DNA of 60,455 bases from Bacteroidales bacterium (GTDB lineage Bacteria > Bacteroidota > Bacteroidia > Bacteroidales > UBA7960). Within the stretch, counting starts at the first letter, position 1. The number at the start of each line of letters is the position of its first letter. The position numbers and the translations under genes were made by a program. The DNA lies in contig PUOJ01000056.1 in the NCBI GenBank assembly GCA_003552075.1, forward strand, positions 1-60,455, written 5' to 3'. Of this stretch, positions 41,192 to 49,672 are shown one piece after another. The notes under the pieces are model-generated. The model worked only from the letters and a program-made list of their open reading frames with translations, did no database searches and was not told the DNA's origin.

Positions 41192-41250
41192 GCTATTGGC
41201 TCTTGGCTTTTAGCTTTCATCAAACCTCAATCCCTCAAACCTTAAAACCC
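41192..41250. repeat. two adjacent heptamer arrays, (GCTNTTR)x4 then (TCAAWCC)x4
   Basis: GCTATTG GCTCTTG GCTTTTA GCTTTCA / TCAAACC TCAATCC c TCAAACC TTAAAAC. The block 41192-41214 matches the reverse complement of 46861-46883 at 21 of 23 positions. Confidence 0.75.
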
Positions 41251-41397
41251 TCCATTTAGCTATGCATGGAATCATAAAATTAGGGAAATTTTCCCTGCCT
41301 AAAAACAATTCTGGTCTTTTATTTGTAAATTCGTTACCCGTTGCCGGAGAAAAACAATTTATGGTCTTCACTGTCCCGCATTAATCGTGAAACAGAA

Positions 41398-43479
41398 ATG
41401 ATGACAAGACTCTTTCATTGGTTGCAAAAGCAATATGCCAATATTTACAAGGGCTTTTTGGTTATTCTCAGCATCGTGTTGCTGGTGCAGTTGTTCCCGC
41501 GTCAGCCTGGCTTTGAATATGAATATCAGCAAGCCAGGCCCTGGATGCATGAGGATTTGATTGCGCCTTTTACTTTTGCGGTGTTGAAAACGGATCAAGA
41601 GCTGGAAAGGGAGCGCGAACAGCTTAAAGAGGAGTTTGTGCCATTTTTTGAACGTTTGCCTGAGGTAGAATCATCCATGCTGGAGGGCTTCCATCAACGA
41701 TTTGATGAGGCTTGGGAGGAGGCTTATCCTGAAGACACGCAACCGGATAAGCGGGAAAGGAGCAGGGCGTTGGGTGAAGAGACCCTCCGCCACCTGTATG
41801 ATGCCGGTATTATTTTTCTTGATGAAGATTTTCGTGATAAGCCCGGCAACTTTGAATTGCGTGTTGTAGAGGACAATGTGGCCCGCACACGCGTGCTGGG
41901 CGGCTTATACACCATTCAGGAGGCATATATTTATGTGGTTTCTGTACTTGAAGATCATGCCGATCGTGTGGATATGGAGTTGTTGCAGCCGATTCTTGAA
42001 GAATCCCTCACCCACAATGTAGTGTATGATCCGGATCTGTCGGAGCGTAACATGCAGGCCATGCTTGACGACATTTCTGTGACCCGCGGCATGGTTCAGG
42101 AAGGCGAAAAAATCGTTTCAAAGGGGGAGCTGATCAGCCAGGAAACCTACCAGATACTTGAATCGTTCCGGGCTGAATACCAGCGGCAGATTGGCGATAC
42201 GGCACTTGAGACCCTCATGTATGGTGGTCAGTTTGTGCTTGTCAGTATCAGCATGATCGTGTTGCTGCTGTTTTTGTACTTTTTGCGTAAGGATGTGTTT
42301 TTTGATAATAGGAAAGTATTGCTCATTCTTTTGTCCATTCTCCTCATGGTATTCATGACCAGTTTGGTCATCAGGCACAACATCGACTATCTCTACCTGG
42401 TTCCGGTATGCCTGGTGCCGGTAATCATCCGCGCATTTTTCGATAACAGGCTGGCATTGTATATCCACATCATTACCATTATCCTGATTGGCTTTTTGAT
42501 TCCGCGAAGCTTTGAGTTTGTCTTCCTGCAGTTTGTAGCAGGCATCATTGCCATCCTTAGCATGGTAAGCCTCAGGCGCCGCTCCCAGCTATTTATTACG
42601 GTCGTGCTGATCTTTGCCACCTATTCAGCGGTTTACTTTGGCCTGAGCCTGGCCCACACTGGTTCGTTTGAAAACCTTTACTGGGCTGATTTTGGGTATT
42701 TTGCTGGTGGTGCTTTCCTTACACTGTTTGCTTATCCGCTGATCTTCCTTTTCGAACGCATGTTTGGGATGCCCACCGACTTTTCTCTTCTCGAACTGGC
42801 AGACACGAATAATACCCTTCTACGTAATCTTGGAATGACGGCACCCGGCACCTTCCAGCACTCACTCCAGGTGGCAAACCTTTCTGAGGAAGCGATCATT
42901 GCCATCGGTGGCAATAGTTTGCTTACACGCACCGGTGCACTATATCACGATATCGGAAAGATGAAGAATCCCCAATTCTTCACGGAAAACCAAACCTCCG
43001 GGGTAAACCCCCATGATGAGATCTCTTTTAAGGATAGTGCGCGCATCATTATATCCCACGTGATTGATGGCATTGAAATGGCAAGAAAACACAACCTGCC
43101 TGAGTATATCATAGATTTTATACGCACACACCATGGGACGACCACTGCCCGCTATTTTTACAATATGCAGGTGCAAGAAAATGAGGATGGCGATGTGGAA
43201 AAGGCGAATTTCATTTATCCCGGCCCGCGACCGTTCAGCAAGGAAACCGCCGTGGTAATGATGGCCGACTCCGTGGAGGCTGCATCGAGAAGCCTTGGAA
43301 AGCCTGATGAGAAGAAAATCAATGCACTGGTCGACGGCATCATCGACACGCAGGTGCAGGAAAAGCAGTTCGACAATGCCGATATCACCTTTAAGGATAT
43401 CACTACGGTGAAAAGCATCTTCAAAAGGATGCTGCTGAATATCTATCACGTGCGCATTGCTTATCCGAGTCTGAGCTGA
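41398..43479 (+). CDS. 7TM-receptor-type HDIG-domain phosphohydrolase (PgpH-like)
   Basis: Extracellular N-domain, 7 TM helices, then an HD domain (HSLQVANL...LYHDIGK...HHGT). The start is uncertain (TTG 41341 or ATG 41398). Confidence 0.8.
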   Translation: MMTRLFHWLQKQYANIYKGFLVILSIVLLVQLFPRQPGFEYEYQQARPWMHEDLIAPFTFAVLKTDQELEREREQLKEEFVPFFERLPEVESSMLEGFHQRFDEAWEEAYPEDTQPDKRERSRALGEETLRHLYDAGIIFLDEDFRDKPGNFELRVVEDNVARTRVLGGLYTIQEAYIYVVSVLEDHADRVDMELLQPILEESLTHNVVYDPDLSERNMQAMLDDISVTRGMVQEGEKIVSKGELISQETYQILESFRAEYQRQIGDTALETLMYGGQFVLVSISMIVLLLFLYFLRKDVFFDNRKVLLILLSILLMVFMTSLVIRHNIDYLYLVPVCLVPVIIRAFFDNRLALYIHIITIILIGFLIPRSFEFVFLQFVAGIIAILSMVSLRRRSQLFITVVLIFATYSAVYFGLSLAHTGSFENLYWADFGYFAGGAFLTLFAYPLIFLFERMFGMPTDFSLLELADTNNTLLRNLGMTAPGTFQHSLQVANLSEEAIIAIGGNSLLTRTGALYHDIGKMKNPQFFTENQTSGVNPHDEISFKDSARIIISHVIDGIEMARKHNLPEYIIDFIRTHHGTTTARYFYNMQVQENEDGDVEKANFIYPGPRPFSKETAVVMMADSVEAASRSLGKPDEKKINALVDGIIDTQVQEKQFDNADITFKDITTVKSIFKRMLLNIYHVRIAYPSLS

Positions 43480-44147
43480 TGCTGATTCAGTTCTGCCGCC
43501 TTTTCCAGGTATGATTTTGTGTCGGGTCCCACGTGAAACAGCAGGTCGATGATGCTTAAATTCGGTTTAAAGCCGTGCACATCTGAAAAAACCTGGTAGT
43601 ATGCAGGCCATTGGTCTGCTGCAGGGTGGCTACGCCGGTGAAGCTTAGGAGTCAGCTCTTCACGAAGGTCCGGGCAAGCGATCTCTTTCTTGAAAGCTGT
43701 AGTTTCTGTGTGTTTTGTTTCAATGGCGATTTCATCAAGCAATGTTTGCATCAGCTTTTTATTAAACTTCCAGATTTTACCTGATGGTGGAGCGATATAG
43801 AAAGGCGCAAGCAGGTCGCTATAATACATAAAAAATGGGGCGTTTTGGTATGCTGCACAGATGGCACGCCAGTGCCTTTTATGCCATGACTCATGGTCGC
43901 TGATGTCAACATCTCTTGTGATGGTACTGTTGCCGCTGGGCTTTGAGACAGGAACCACCAGGTCAAGCAAGCCATTCGCTGTCATGATGCTGCACCGGTT
44001 GCGCCAGGTCTGTTTTGGCCATGTCTCATGCAGTTCAATCCGAACGGTGCGGGCACGGACAAGGTACAGCATGTACTCCAGTGGTGGCAGATATGCTGTA
44101 GGCAGATACAATTCATGACAATTCCCTGTGTGCGTTGATGCTGACAT
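43461..44147 (-). CDS. WbqC-family protein
   Basis: 228 aa. LPPLEY...IELHETWPKQTWRNRCSI..ANG...L.VPV pattern of the WbqC-like family. Its 3' end overlaps the convergent HDIG gene by 19 bp. Confidence 0.7.
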   Translation of the reverse strand: MSASTHTGNCHELYLPTAYLPPLEYMLYLVRARTVRIELHETWPKQTWRNRCSIMTANGLLDLVVPVSKPSGNSTITRDVDISDHESWHKRHWRAICAAYQNAPFFMYYSDLLAPFYIAPPSGKIWKFNKKLMQTLLDEIAIETKHTETTAFKKEIACPDLREELTPKLHRRSHPAADQWPAYYQVFSDVHGFKPNLSIIDLLFHVGPDTKSYLEKAAELNQHQLRLG

Positions 44148-44337
44148 AAGACTCCAGATTATTAAGGTAAGCGTTGTGATTCCGGCAAAAAGGCAGTATC
44201 TTTGAATACAAGACGCTTAGCGGCAGTTTTCTGACCATATGCTCTTGCGCCATTTGTTGTACATGCAATACCTGGCTGCCGTTAATCCCTGCATGCAAAG
44301 CTACGCATCACGACAACAATTACAAAAACCCGATGTC

Positions 44338-45852
44338 ATGAAGATCCTTCAGGCTGCACAAATCCGTGAAATTGACCGTTATACCATTGAAAATGAACCC
44401 GTGGCCTCTATTGAGCTGATGGAGCGTGCAGCGAAAAAGTGTTATGAGTGGATTCGGCGACATATGAAACACAAAAGGCAGGTCCGGGTGTTTTGTGGCA
44501 TGGGCAACAATGGTGGAGATGGCCTGGTGATCGCCCGGATGCTTGCGGGCACCGGACATCAGGTCACGGTATATAAAGTACAACATACCACCACGGCTTC
44601 AGAAGATTTCACGATGAACGAAAAACGGCTTGCCGGCGTAAAAAACCTACATTATCAGACCATTCATGAGGGAGAGCCATTTCCGGAAATAGCAGATGAC
44701 GACCTGGTGATTGATGCCCTTTTGGGAAGCGGCCTTGCCAGGCCCCTTGAAGGCCTTTTGGCAGCTGTGGTGCAACACATCAATTCAGCTCGTGCCGTGG
44801 TCATTGCCATAGACTTTCCTTCAGGTCTCTTTTGTGAAGATAACAGGGAAAACAATGAAAAGCATATTATCAGGGCGGACTATACACTGACTTTCCAACT
44901 GCCTAAACTGGCATTTATGTTCGCTTCCAACGAACAGTACATTGGTTTCTGGTACCTTATCGACATTGGACTGCATCCTGATGCTATTCGCAGGGCAGAA
45001 ACCAAATACCATTATTTGCAGGCTTCCGATATCCGCAGTCTGTATCGCGGGCGAAAGCGGTTTGCGCACAAGGGGCATTTCGGACATGCATACCTGATGG
45101 CGGGCAGTTACGGAAAGACTGGTGCTGCTGTGCTGGCAGCGCGTGGAGCCATTCGCTCAGGACTTGGTCTGCTTACGGTGCAATTGCCATCCTGCGGCTA
45201 CGACGTAATTCAGACGGCCGTGCCTGAGGCCATGTGTGTACCTGATGAACAAGCGCATTTTGTATCGGAGGTGGCTGACCTGGAAGGCTTCCATGTGGTG
45301 GGCACTGGTCCGGGCATAGGAACCAATGAGCAGACCGCACGTGCACTTAAACTGCTCATTCAAAACACAGCCGTCCCCATGGTGCTGGATGCAGATGCCC
45401 TGAATATTCTGTCGGAAAACCTCACCTGGTGCGGGTTTTTACCCAAGGGATCGGTCTTTACACCCCATCCGGGGGAGCTTGACAGGCTGGCAGGAAAATC
45501 CGGTAATGACCATGACCGGCTGGATAAGGCTGTGGAACTCGCCCACCGCTTCCAGGTGCACATCGTGTTAAAAGGAGCGCATACTGTCGTGATCGCTCCT
45601 GATGGCCGCTGCTACTTTAATTCTACTGGCAATCCGGGCATGGCTACCGGAGGTAGTGGCGATGTGCTTACGGGGATGATCATTGCCTGGCTTGCGCAAA
45701 ATTATTCCACATTGCACAGCTGCCTGATGGCTGTATATCTCCACGGCAGAGCCGGAGATCTTGCTGCCAACAGGAAGGGCTACGAGGGCCTGATTGCTGG
45801 CGACATCATCGAACAGATTCCCAAGGCAACCAAGACCACCCTCCGGAAATAA
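44338..45852 (+). CDS. nnr: bifunctional NAD(P)H-hydrate epimerase / ADP-dependent dehydratase
   Basis: YjeF_N start MKILQAAQIREIDRYTIE, GMGNNGGDG, and C-terminal carbohydrate-kinase motifs (HKGHFGH, GNPGMATGGSGDVLTG). Confidence 0.9.
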   Translation: MKILQAAQIREIDRYTIENEPVASIELMERAAKKCYEWIRRHMKHKRQVRVFCGMGNNGGDGLVIARMLAGTGHQVTVYKVQHTTTASEDFTMNEKRLAGVKNLHYQTIHEGEPFPEIADDDLVIDALLGSGLARPLEGLLAAVVQHINSARAVVIAIDFPSGLFCEDNRENNEKHIIRADYTLTFQLPKLAFMFASNEQYIGFWYLIDIGLHPDAIRRAETKYHYLQASDIRSLYRGRKRFAHKGHFGHAYLMAGSYGKTGAAVLAARGAIRSGLGLLTVQLPSCGYDVIQTAVPEAMCVPDEQAHFVSEVADLEGFHVVGTGPGIGTNEQTARALKLLIQNTAVPMVLDADALNILSENLTWCGFLPKGSVFTPHPGELDRLAGKSGNDHDRLDKAVELAHRFQVHIVLKGAHTVVIAPDGRCYFNSTGNPGMATGGSGDVLTGMIIAWLAQNYSTLHSCLMAVYLHGRAGDLAANRKGYEGLIAGDIIEQIPKATKTTLRK

Positions 45853-45861
45853 CTTGCCGGA

Positions 45862-46473
45862 TTAGACGCAGAACCCCCGCACACCGAAAGGAACCTTGTC
45901 GTGGTTCGCAACTACCAGGGTTTGATCGGTTTCCCAGTTGGCATCCAGTCCGGCATTGACCCGGACACGACAAACCTTATCCAGTTCGGCTTTGGCCATC
46001 AACTTGTTTTTTTGGTAGAATGAAAATTCTGCCTCGCGTGCATAAAATGTTTCCGTTACCACAAAACGGTTGTTGATTTGCCTCCACCTGCCCCGCCGAT
46101 CAACCCGCCGCAAGGCATTAAGCTTGGGGTGCAAAACGATTTGTGACATGTTAAGCGAAGCGCCCCGGATGTCCGTGATGGACATGTGTGCCATTAAGTC
46201 CGCCCCATAACCGCCGGAAACATTTACAATACCCAGTAAACTCACCCTCCCGTGAATTTTCCTGTCATAGCTGATTGTTCCGTAAAGCATGCTGGCCTTT
46301 GACTTGGTGTAACTCCATGCACCCTGGGGCTCTTCCGTCAGGATGTCACGGCAATGACCCAAATAACGCAACTTGTCAGGGTGTAAGATGGCTCCCGGCA
46401 CATAATTTTCCAGCGATATGGCCAGAAGCCGCAATCCGGGAATGTGTCTGCTTATAAAGTGATGCAAATTCAT
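45862..46473 (-). CDS. hypothetical 203-aa beta-rich cytoplasmic protein; possible gasdermin-N-like domain (see findings)
   Basis: Clean ORF with ATG start and its own TAnnTTTG motif upstream. No signal peptide or TM helix, and no family I can name with certainty. Confidence 0.5.
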   Translation of the reverse strand: MNLHHFISRHIPGLRLLAISLENYVPGAILHPDKLRYLGHCRDILTEEPQGAWSYTKSKASMLYGTISYDRKIHGRVSLLGIVNVSGGYGADLMAHMSITDIRGASLNMSQIVLHPKLNALRRVDRRGRWRQINNRFVVTETFYAREAEFSFYQKNKLMAKAELDKVCRVRVNAGLDANWETDQTLVVANHDKVPFGVRGFCV

Positions 46474-46501
46474 TTATGTAGCACTTTTAATGTTTTCCGT
46501 A

Positions 46502-46509
46502 CAAAAATA
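46502..46509 (-). promoter_or_regulatory. candidate TAnnTTTG -7 promoter element for the 203-aa gene
   Basis: The minus strand reads TATTTTTG, 28 nt upstream of the ATG at 46473, inside a very AT-rich tract. Confidence 0.35.
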
Positions 46510-46816
46510 AAATAAAAATTATAATATAAAACTTTATTTTGTGGTCAATAGGCTTTAAAAAATAGATTAGTGGGTTTCAGCTCTTGTCTTGCACCTTGCA
46601 TGCTTTTTTGCTGCCAGGTTTTTTTTAATTTTGCATGCTGGCTTCAACCCGAATAATTCAGGCCACCTGAATCGTTGTGAAAGCCTTGCAAAAGCTTACT
46701 TTGTCGGTGTTTTTCATTGCCTGGCGTCCGACCTGAATCATGCGCATGAAACCTCCATGCAAAAGAATTGACACACAGGAGGATGATTATTGTCATGGGG
46801 GCATATAGACTAAGTA

Positions 46817-46886
46817 AGCAATTAGCTGTTGGCTATTGGCAAGAAAGCCAAAAGCTAAATGCTAAAAGCCAATAACCAATAGCAGT
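46817..46886. repeat. heptamer array (AGCNNTT/GGCTATT then AAGCYAA x5) arranged as an imperfect 16-bp inverted repeat
   Basis: The arms GCTGTTGGCTATTGGC (46825-40) and GCCAATAACCAATAGC (46868-83) are complementary at 14 of 16 positions. The 27-nt spacer is itself made of heptamers. Confidence 0.7.
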
Positions 46887-46982
46887 CTTGTTCATACCAT
46901 AAACACCAGACAGCCAATTAGTTGAAAAATTACATTCACATGAATATTGGATAAATACGTTTCAGAAACCAGTGAAATAGAT

Positions 46983-47357
46983 ATGGAAATTAGTGGCAAC
47001 ATTATCAGGATATTACCTGAAAAAAGCGGTGAAGGGCGAAACGGACCCTGGAGAAAGCAGGAGTTTATTGTGGAAACGGAAGGGCAGTATCCCAGGAAAG
47101 TCTGCATAGCAGTATGGGGGGATAAAATAGACCAGTTTGCCCTGAAGGAAGGGGAGCGGGTTACAGCCTCCGTCAATATTGAAAGCCGTGAATTTAATGA
47201 GCGTTGGTACACCGATGTAAAGGCCTGGAAGATCGAAAGGGAGGCGCAGGGCGGTGCGCTTTCTGGTGACCCGCAGAGTACCCCGCCACCCTTTGATGCG
47301 CCTCCGCCCACAGAAGAACCCCCAGGGGTGCGGGAAGAGGACGATCTGCCTTTCTGA
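46983..47357 (+). CDS. DUF3127-family OB-fold protein with a Pro-rich linker and acidic DDLPF C-terminal tip
   Basis: MEISGNIIRILPEKSGEGRNGPWRKQEFIVETEGQYPRKVCIAVWGDKIDQF...ESREFNERWYTDVKAWKIE is the typical DUF3127 pattern. I prefer the Met at 46983. Confidence 0.75.
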   Translation: MEISGNIIRILPEKSGEGRNGPWRKQEFIVETEGQYPRKVCIAVWGDKIDQFALKEGERVTASVNIESREFNERWYTDVKAWKIEREAQGGALSGDPQSTPPPFDAPPPTEEPPGVREEDDLPF

Positions 47358-47501
47358 TTCATTTCCTGTGCGGTCAGACCTGAATATGAAAACCTCTCAT
47401 GTGTTTTGATCGTGCGCAATTTAACCTTCGGATTGATCCCACCGGATTATCCGGGTATATCCTTGCAGCAATGTGATTCCCAGTGTTGACATGCTACCAG
47501 G

Positions 47502-47532
47502 TTGATGCTTTTGATGACACGCAAAGCATCAA
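47502..47532. terminator. 10-bp perfect hairpin between the convergent DUF3127 gene and cvpA (possible terminator, no U-tract)
   Basis: TTGATGCTTT (47502-11) pairs with AAAGCATCAA (47523-32) across an 11-nt loop, 21 nt after the cvpA stop. Confidence 0.3.
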
Positions 47533-47552
47533 GGGAGGTTGCGCAAATCTTT

Positions 47553-48092
47553 TCATTGCGATGTGAGCTGGCTGTTTGACTCCCTCAGCGAATCCAGGTT
47601 CTCCGGGAGATGATCAAAGCCTGTTGCGTCGGTGATGTAGGCATATAAAAATTCCAGCTGGGGAATAAAGAAACTTTTCTCACGCATTTCAGCTGTGATC
47701 AGGCGGCTGCCATGGTCGAAAAACTCCACGACCATCAGGAAGACTGCAAGGATCAGCCCCCATTTTAGCAGGCCTGTCATAAAACCGGCAAGGCGGTTGA
47801 TAAACCCCAACATCAAGGCTTTGAAAAGTTGTGTCATCAGGGTGCCAAGTACCCTGATCAGCCAGGCTATAAAGATAAAGACAATGATGAAGGTCACGAT
47901 TTTTACCGCCCGGACATCCCAGTCGACCAGCTGTTCAGCCATGGCCCCTACAAGATTAGTGGCCAGGATAGCGATCAGTACGCCGAGGATCAAGCCTGCG
48001 AGCGTGGCTACCTCATGAAAGAAACCCTTCTGGTAACCCCTGATGGCTCCCAGAAACAAAATAACCCCAATGACGAGATCTACCATATGCAT
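47553..48092 (-). CDS. cvpA: CvpA-family membrane protein
   Basis: 179 aa. 4 TM helices with an N-terminal pattern typical of colicin V production protein homologues. Confidence 0.78.
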   Translation of the reverse strand: MHMVDLVIGVILFLGAIRGYQKGFFHEVATLAGLILGVLIAILATNLVGAMAEQLVDWDVRAVKIVTFIIVFIFIAWLIRVLGTLMTQLFKALMLGFINRLAGFMTGLLKWGLILAVFLMVVEFFDHGSRLITAEMREKSFFIPQLEFLYAYITDATGFDHLPENLDSLRESNSQLTSQ

Positions 48093-48120
48093 GATTATTT
48101 ATGTATACGTTGGATCCGCG

Positions 48121-48528
48121 TCATTGGTTACCCATTTCCACTATGGCATCAAATTCTTCCCTTTTTAAAGGCATCACGGATAGGCGGGCTTGCCTAACCA
48201 GGGCAATGTTTTCCAGGCGCGGGTCCTTTTTTATCCGGTCAAGGCTTACCGGCTTGGCCAGCTCTTCCTCCGGCACCATGTCGGTCACTACCCAGCGGTC
48301 ATCATCCGTTGTAGGATCAGGGTAATACGCGCGCACTACGCGGGCGATACCGATCACTTCCTTGGCCTTCACACTGTGATAAAAGAGTACCAGGTCACCC
48401 ACTTTCATTTCTTTTAAGTTGTTGCGCGCCTGGTAATTGCGTACGCCATCCCAATGGGTGCGTCCATCCTTCACAAATTGCTGCCAGGAATATTCCGACG
48501 GCTCGCTTTTAACTAACCAGTAGTTCAT
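48121..48528 (-). CDS. EVE (PUA-like) domain protein
   Basis: MNYWLVKSEPSEYSW...ARNNLKEMKVGDLVLFYHS pattern of EVE domains. I prefer the Met at 48528. Confidence 0.82.
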   Translation of the reverse strand: MNYWLVKSEPSEYSWQQFVKDGRTHWDGVRNYQARNNLKEMKVGDLVLFYHSVKAKEVIGIARVVRAYYPDPTTDDDRWVVTDMVPEEELAKPVSLDRIKKDPRLENIALVRQARLSVMPLKREEFDAIVEMGNQ

Positions 48529-48602
48529 GATATTTTTGTCTAAATGTCTAAAAGTCAAAAGGTCAGCCCCTCTGCGCACTTGCTGTTCATTCCACTTGCA
48601 GT

Positions 48603-49610
48603 TCAGTTAAGGATGTGGTAGGTAAGCTCCTTGAGGAGCTCTCCATGATCTGTTGTTTCATTGTCCCAACCCTTCGATTTCATGTCGTATTGGCGCAGCA
48701 AAGAAAATATCCTTATGATCCTGGCCGGGGCATAATTTTTTGCAGCCTGTGCATAATCTTTGGTGAAAAATGGTGGTATGCCCAGCTCTGCGGCCACATT
48801 TTTCTGGCTTCTGTCACGCAGGCTGTGATACAACAATATCTTAGAAAAGTATTGGTATAAAACCGCCGTGGTCATGATGAACGGATGATTTTTGGGATTG
48901 TCGGCAAAATACTTTGCGATCTGGTAAGCCTTCTGGCTGTTTCGTGTGCCAAGCGCGTGCTGAAGTTCAAAAATGTTAAAGTCCTTGCTGATCCCAATGT
49001 GTTGTTCAATCACCTCCGTGGTGATCTCAGATCCCTTTTTCAGGTTGATAAATAGCTTTTTAACTTCATTCACGATTTTGCCCAGGTCGGTGCCCAGGTG
49101 GTCCGCAAGTGTCTGCAATGCTTTGGGTCCGATCTTGTACCCGTGCCTGGTCACATAATCCGATATCCAGCCGGGCACCTGGTTGTCATACAGCTTCTTG
49201 CCTGTGAACACAACCCCCTTTTTGGCAAGGGTTTTAAAAAATTTGGTGCGTTGGTCGAGTGTTTTGTATTTGTAACAAATCACCAGGATGGTTGATTCAA
49301 GAGGGTTTTCGACGTAAGGCAACAGTCCGTCGATCTGTTGCAGATGCTGTGCCTCCCTGACGATTACCACGTTATGGCTGGCCATCATCGGATAACGCTT
49401 TGCTGTGCTGATAACAGAAGGAATATCGGTTTCGCGACCATATAATACGCTCATGTTGAATTCTTTCTCTGTGTCAGTGAGCACAGCGTCTTCAATAAAA
49501 TCCGAGATTACATCAATATAAAAGCCCTCTTCTCCCATCAGGAAATATAACGGGTGAAGCACTTTATTGCGTATGTCCCGGAGGATATTGTAGAAATTCT
49601 TCTCAGTCAT
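48603..49610 (-). CDS. holA: DNA polymerase III subunit delta
   Basis: 335 aa with the conserved N-terminal YFLMGEEGFYID pattern; length and layout fit HolA. Confidence 0.83.
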   Translation of the reverse strand: MTEKNFYNILRDIRNKVLHPLYFLMGEEGFYIDVISDFIEDAVLTDTEKEFNMSVLYGRETDIPSVISTAKRYPMMASHNVVIVREAQHLQQIDGLLPYVENPLESTILVICYKYKTLDQRTKFFKTLAKKGVVFTGKKLYDNQVPGWISDYVTRHGYKIGPKALQTLADHLGTDLGKIVNEVKKLFINLKKGSEITTEVIEQHIGISKDFNIFELQHALGTRNSQKAYQIAKYFADNPKNHPFIMTTAVLYQYFSKILLYHSLRDRSQKNVAAELGIPPFFTKDYAQAAKNYAPARIIRIFSLLRQYDMKSKGWDNETTDHGELLKELTYHILN

Positions 49611-49672
49611 GGCAGCTCATCTTTGATCAAACAAAAATAATGAAAGCTTTTTAAGCCAATGCTTTTTTGGGT

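Noticed and set aside
43461-43479. The 19-bp convergent overlap of the HDIG and WbqC gene ends as a regulatory antisense feature.
   Set aside because: Short convergent 3' overlaps are common in compact genomes. There is no structure or repeat at the overlap.
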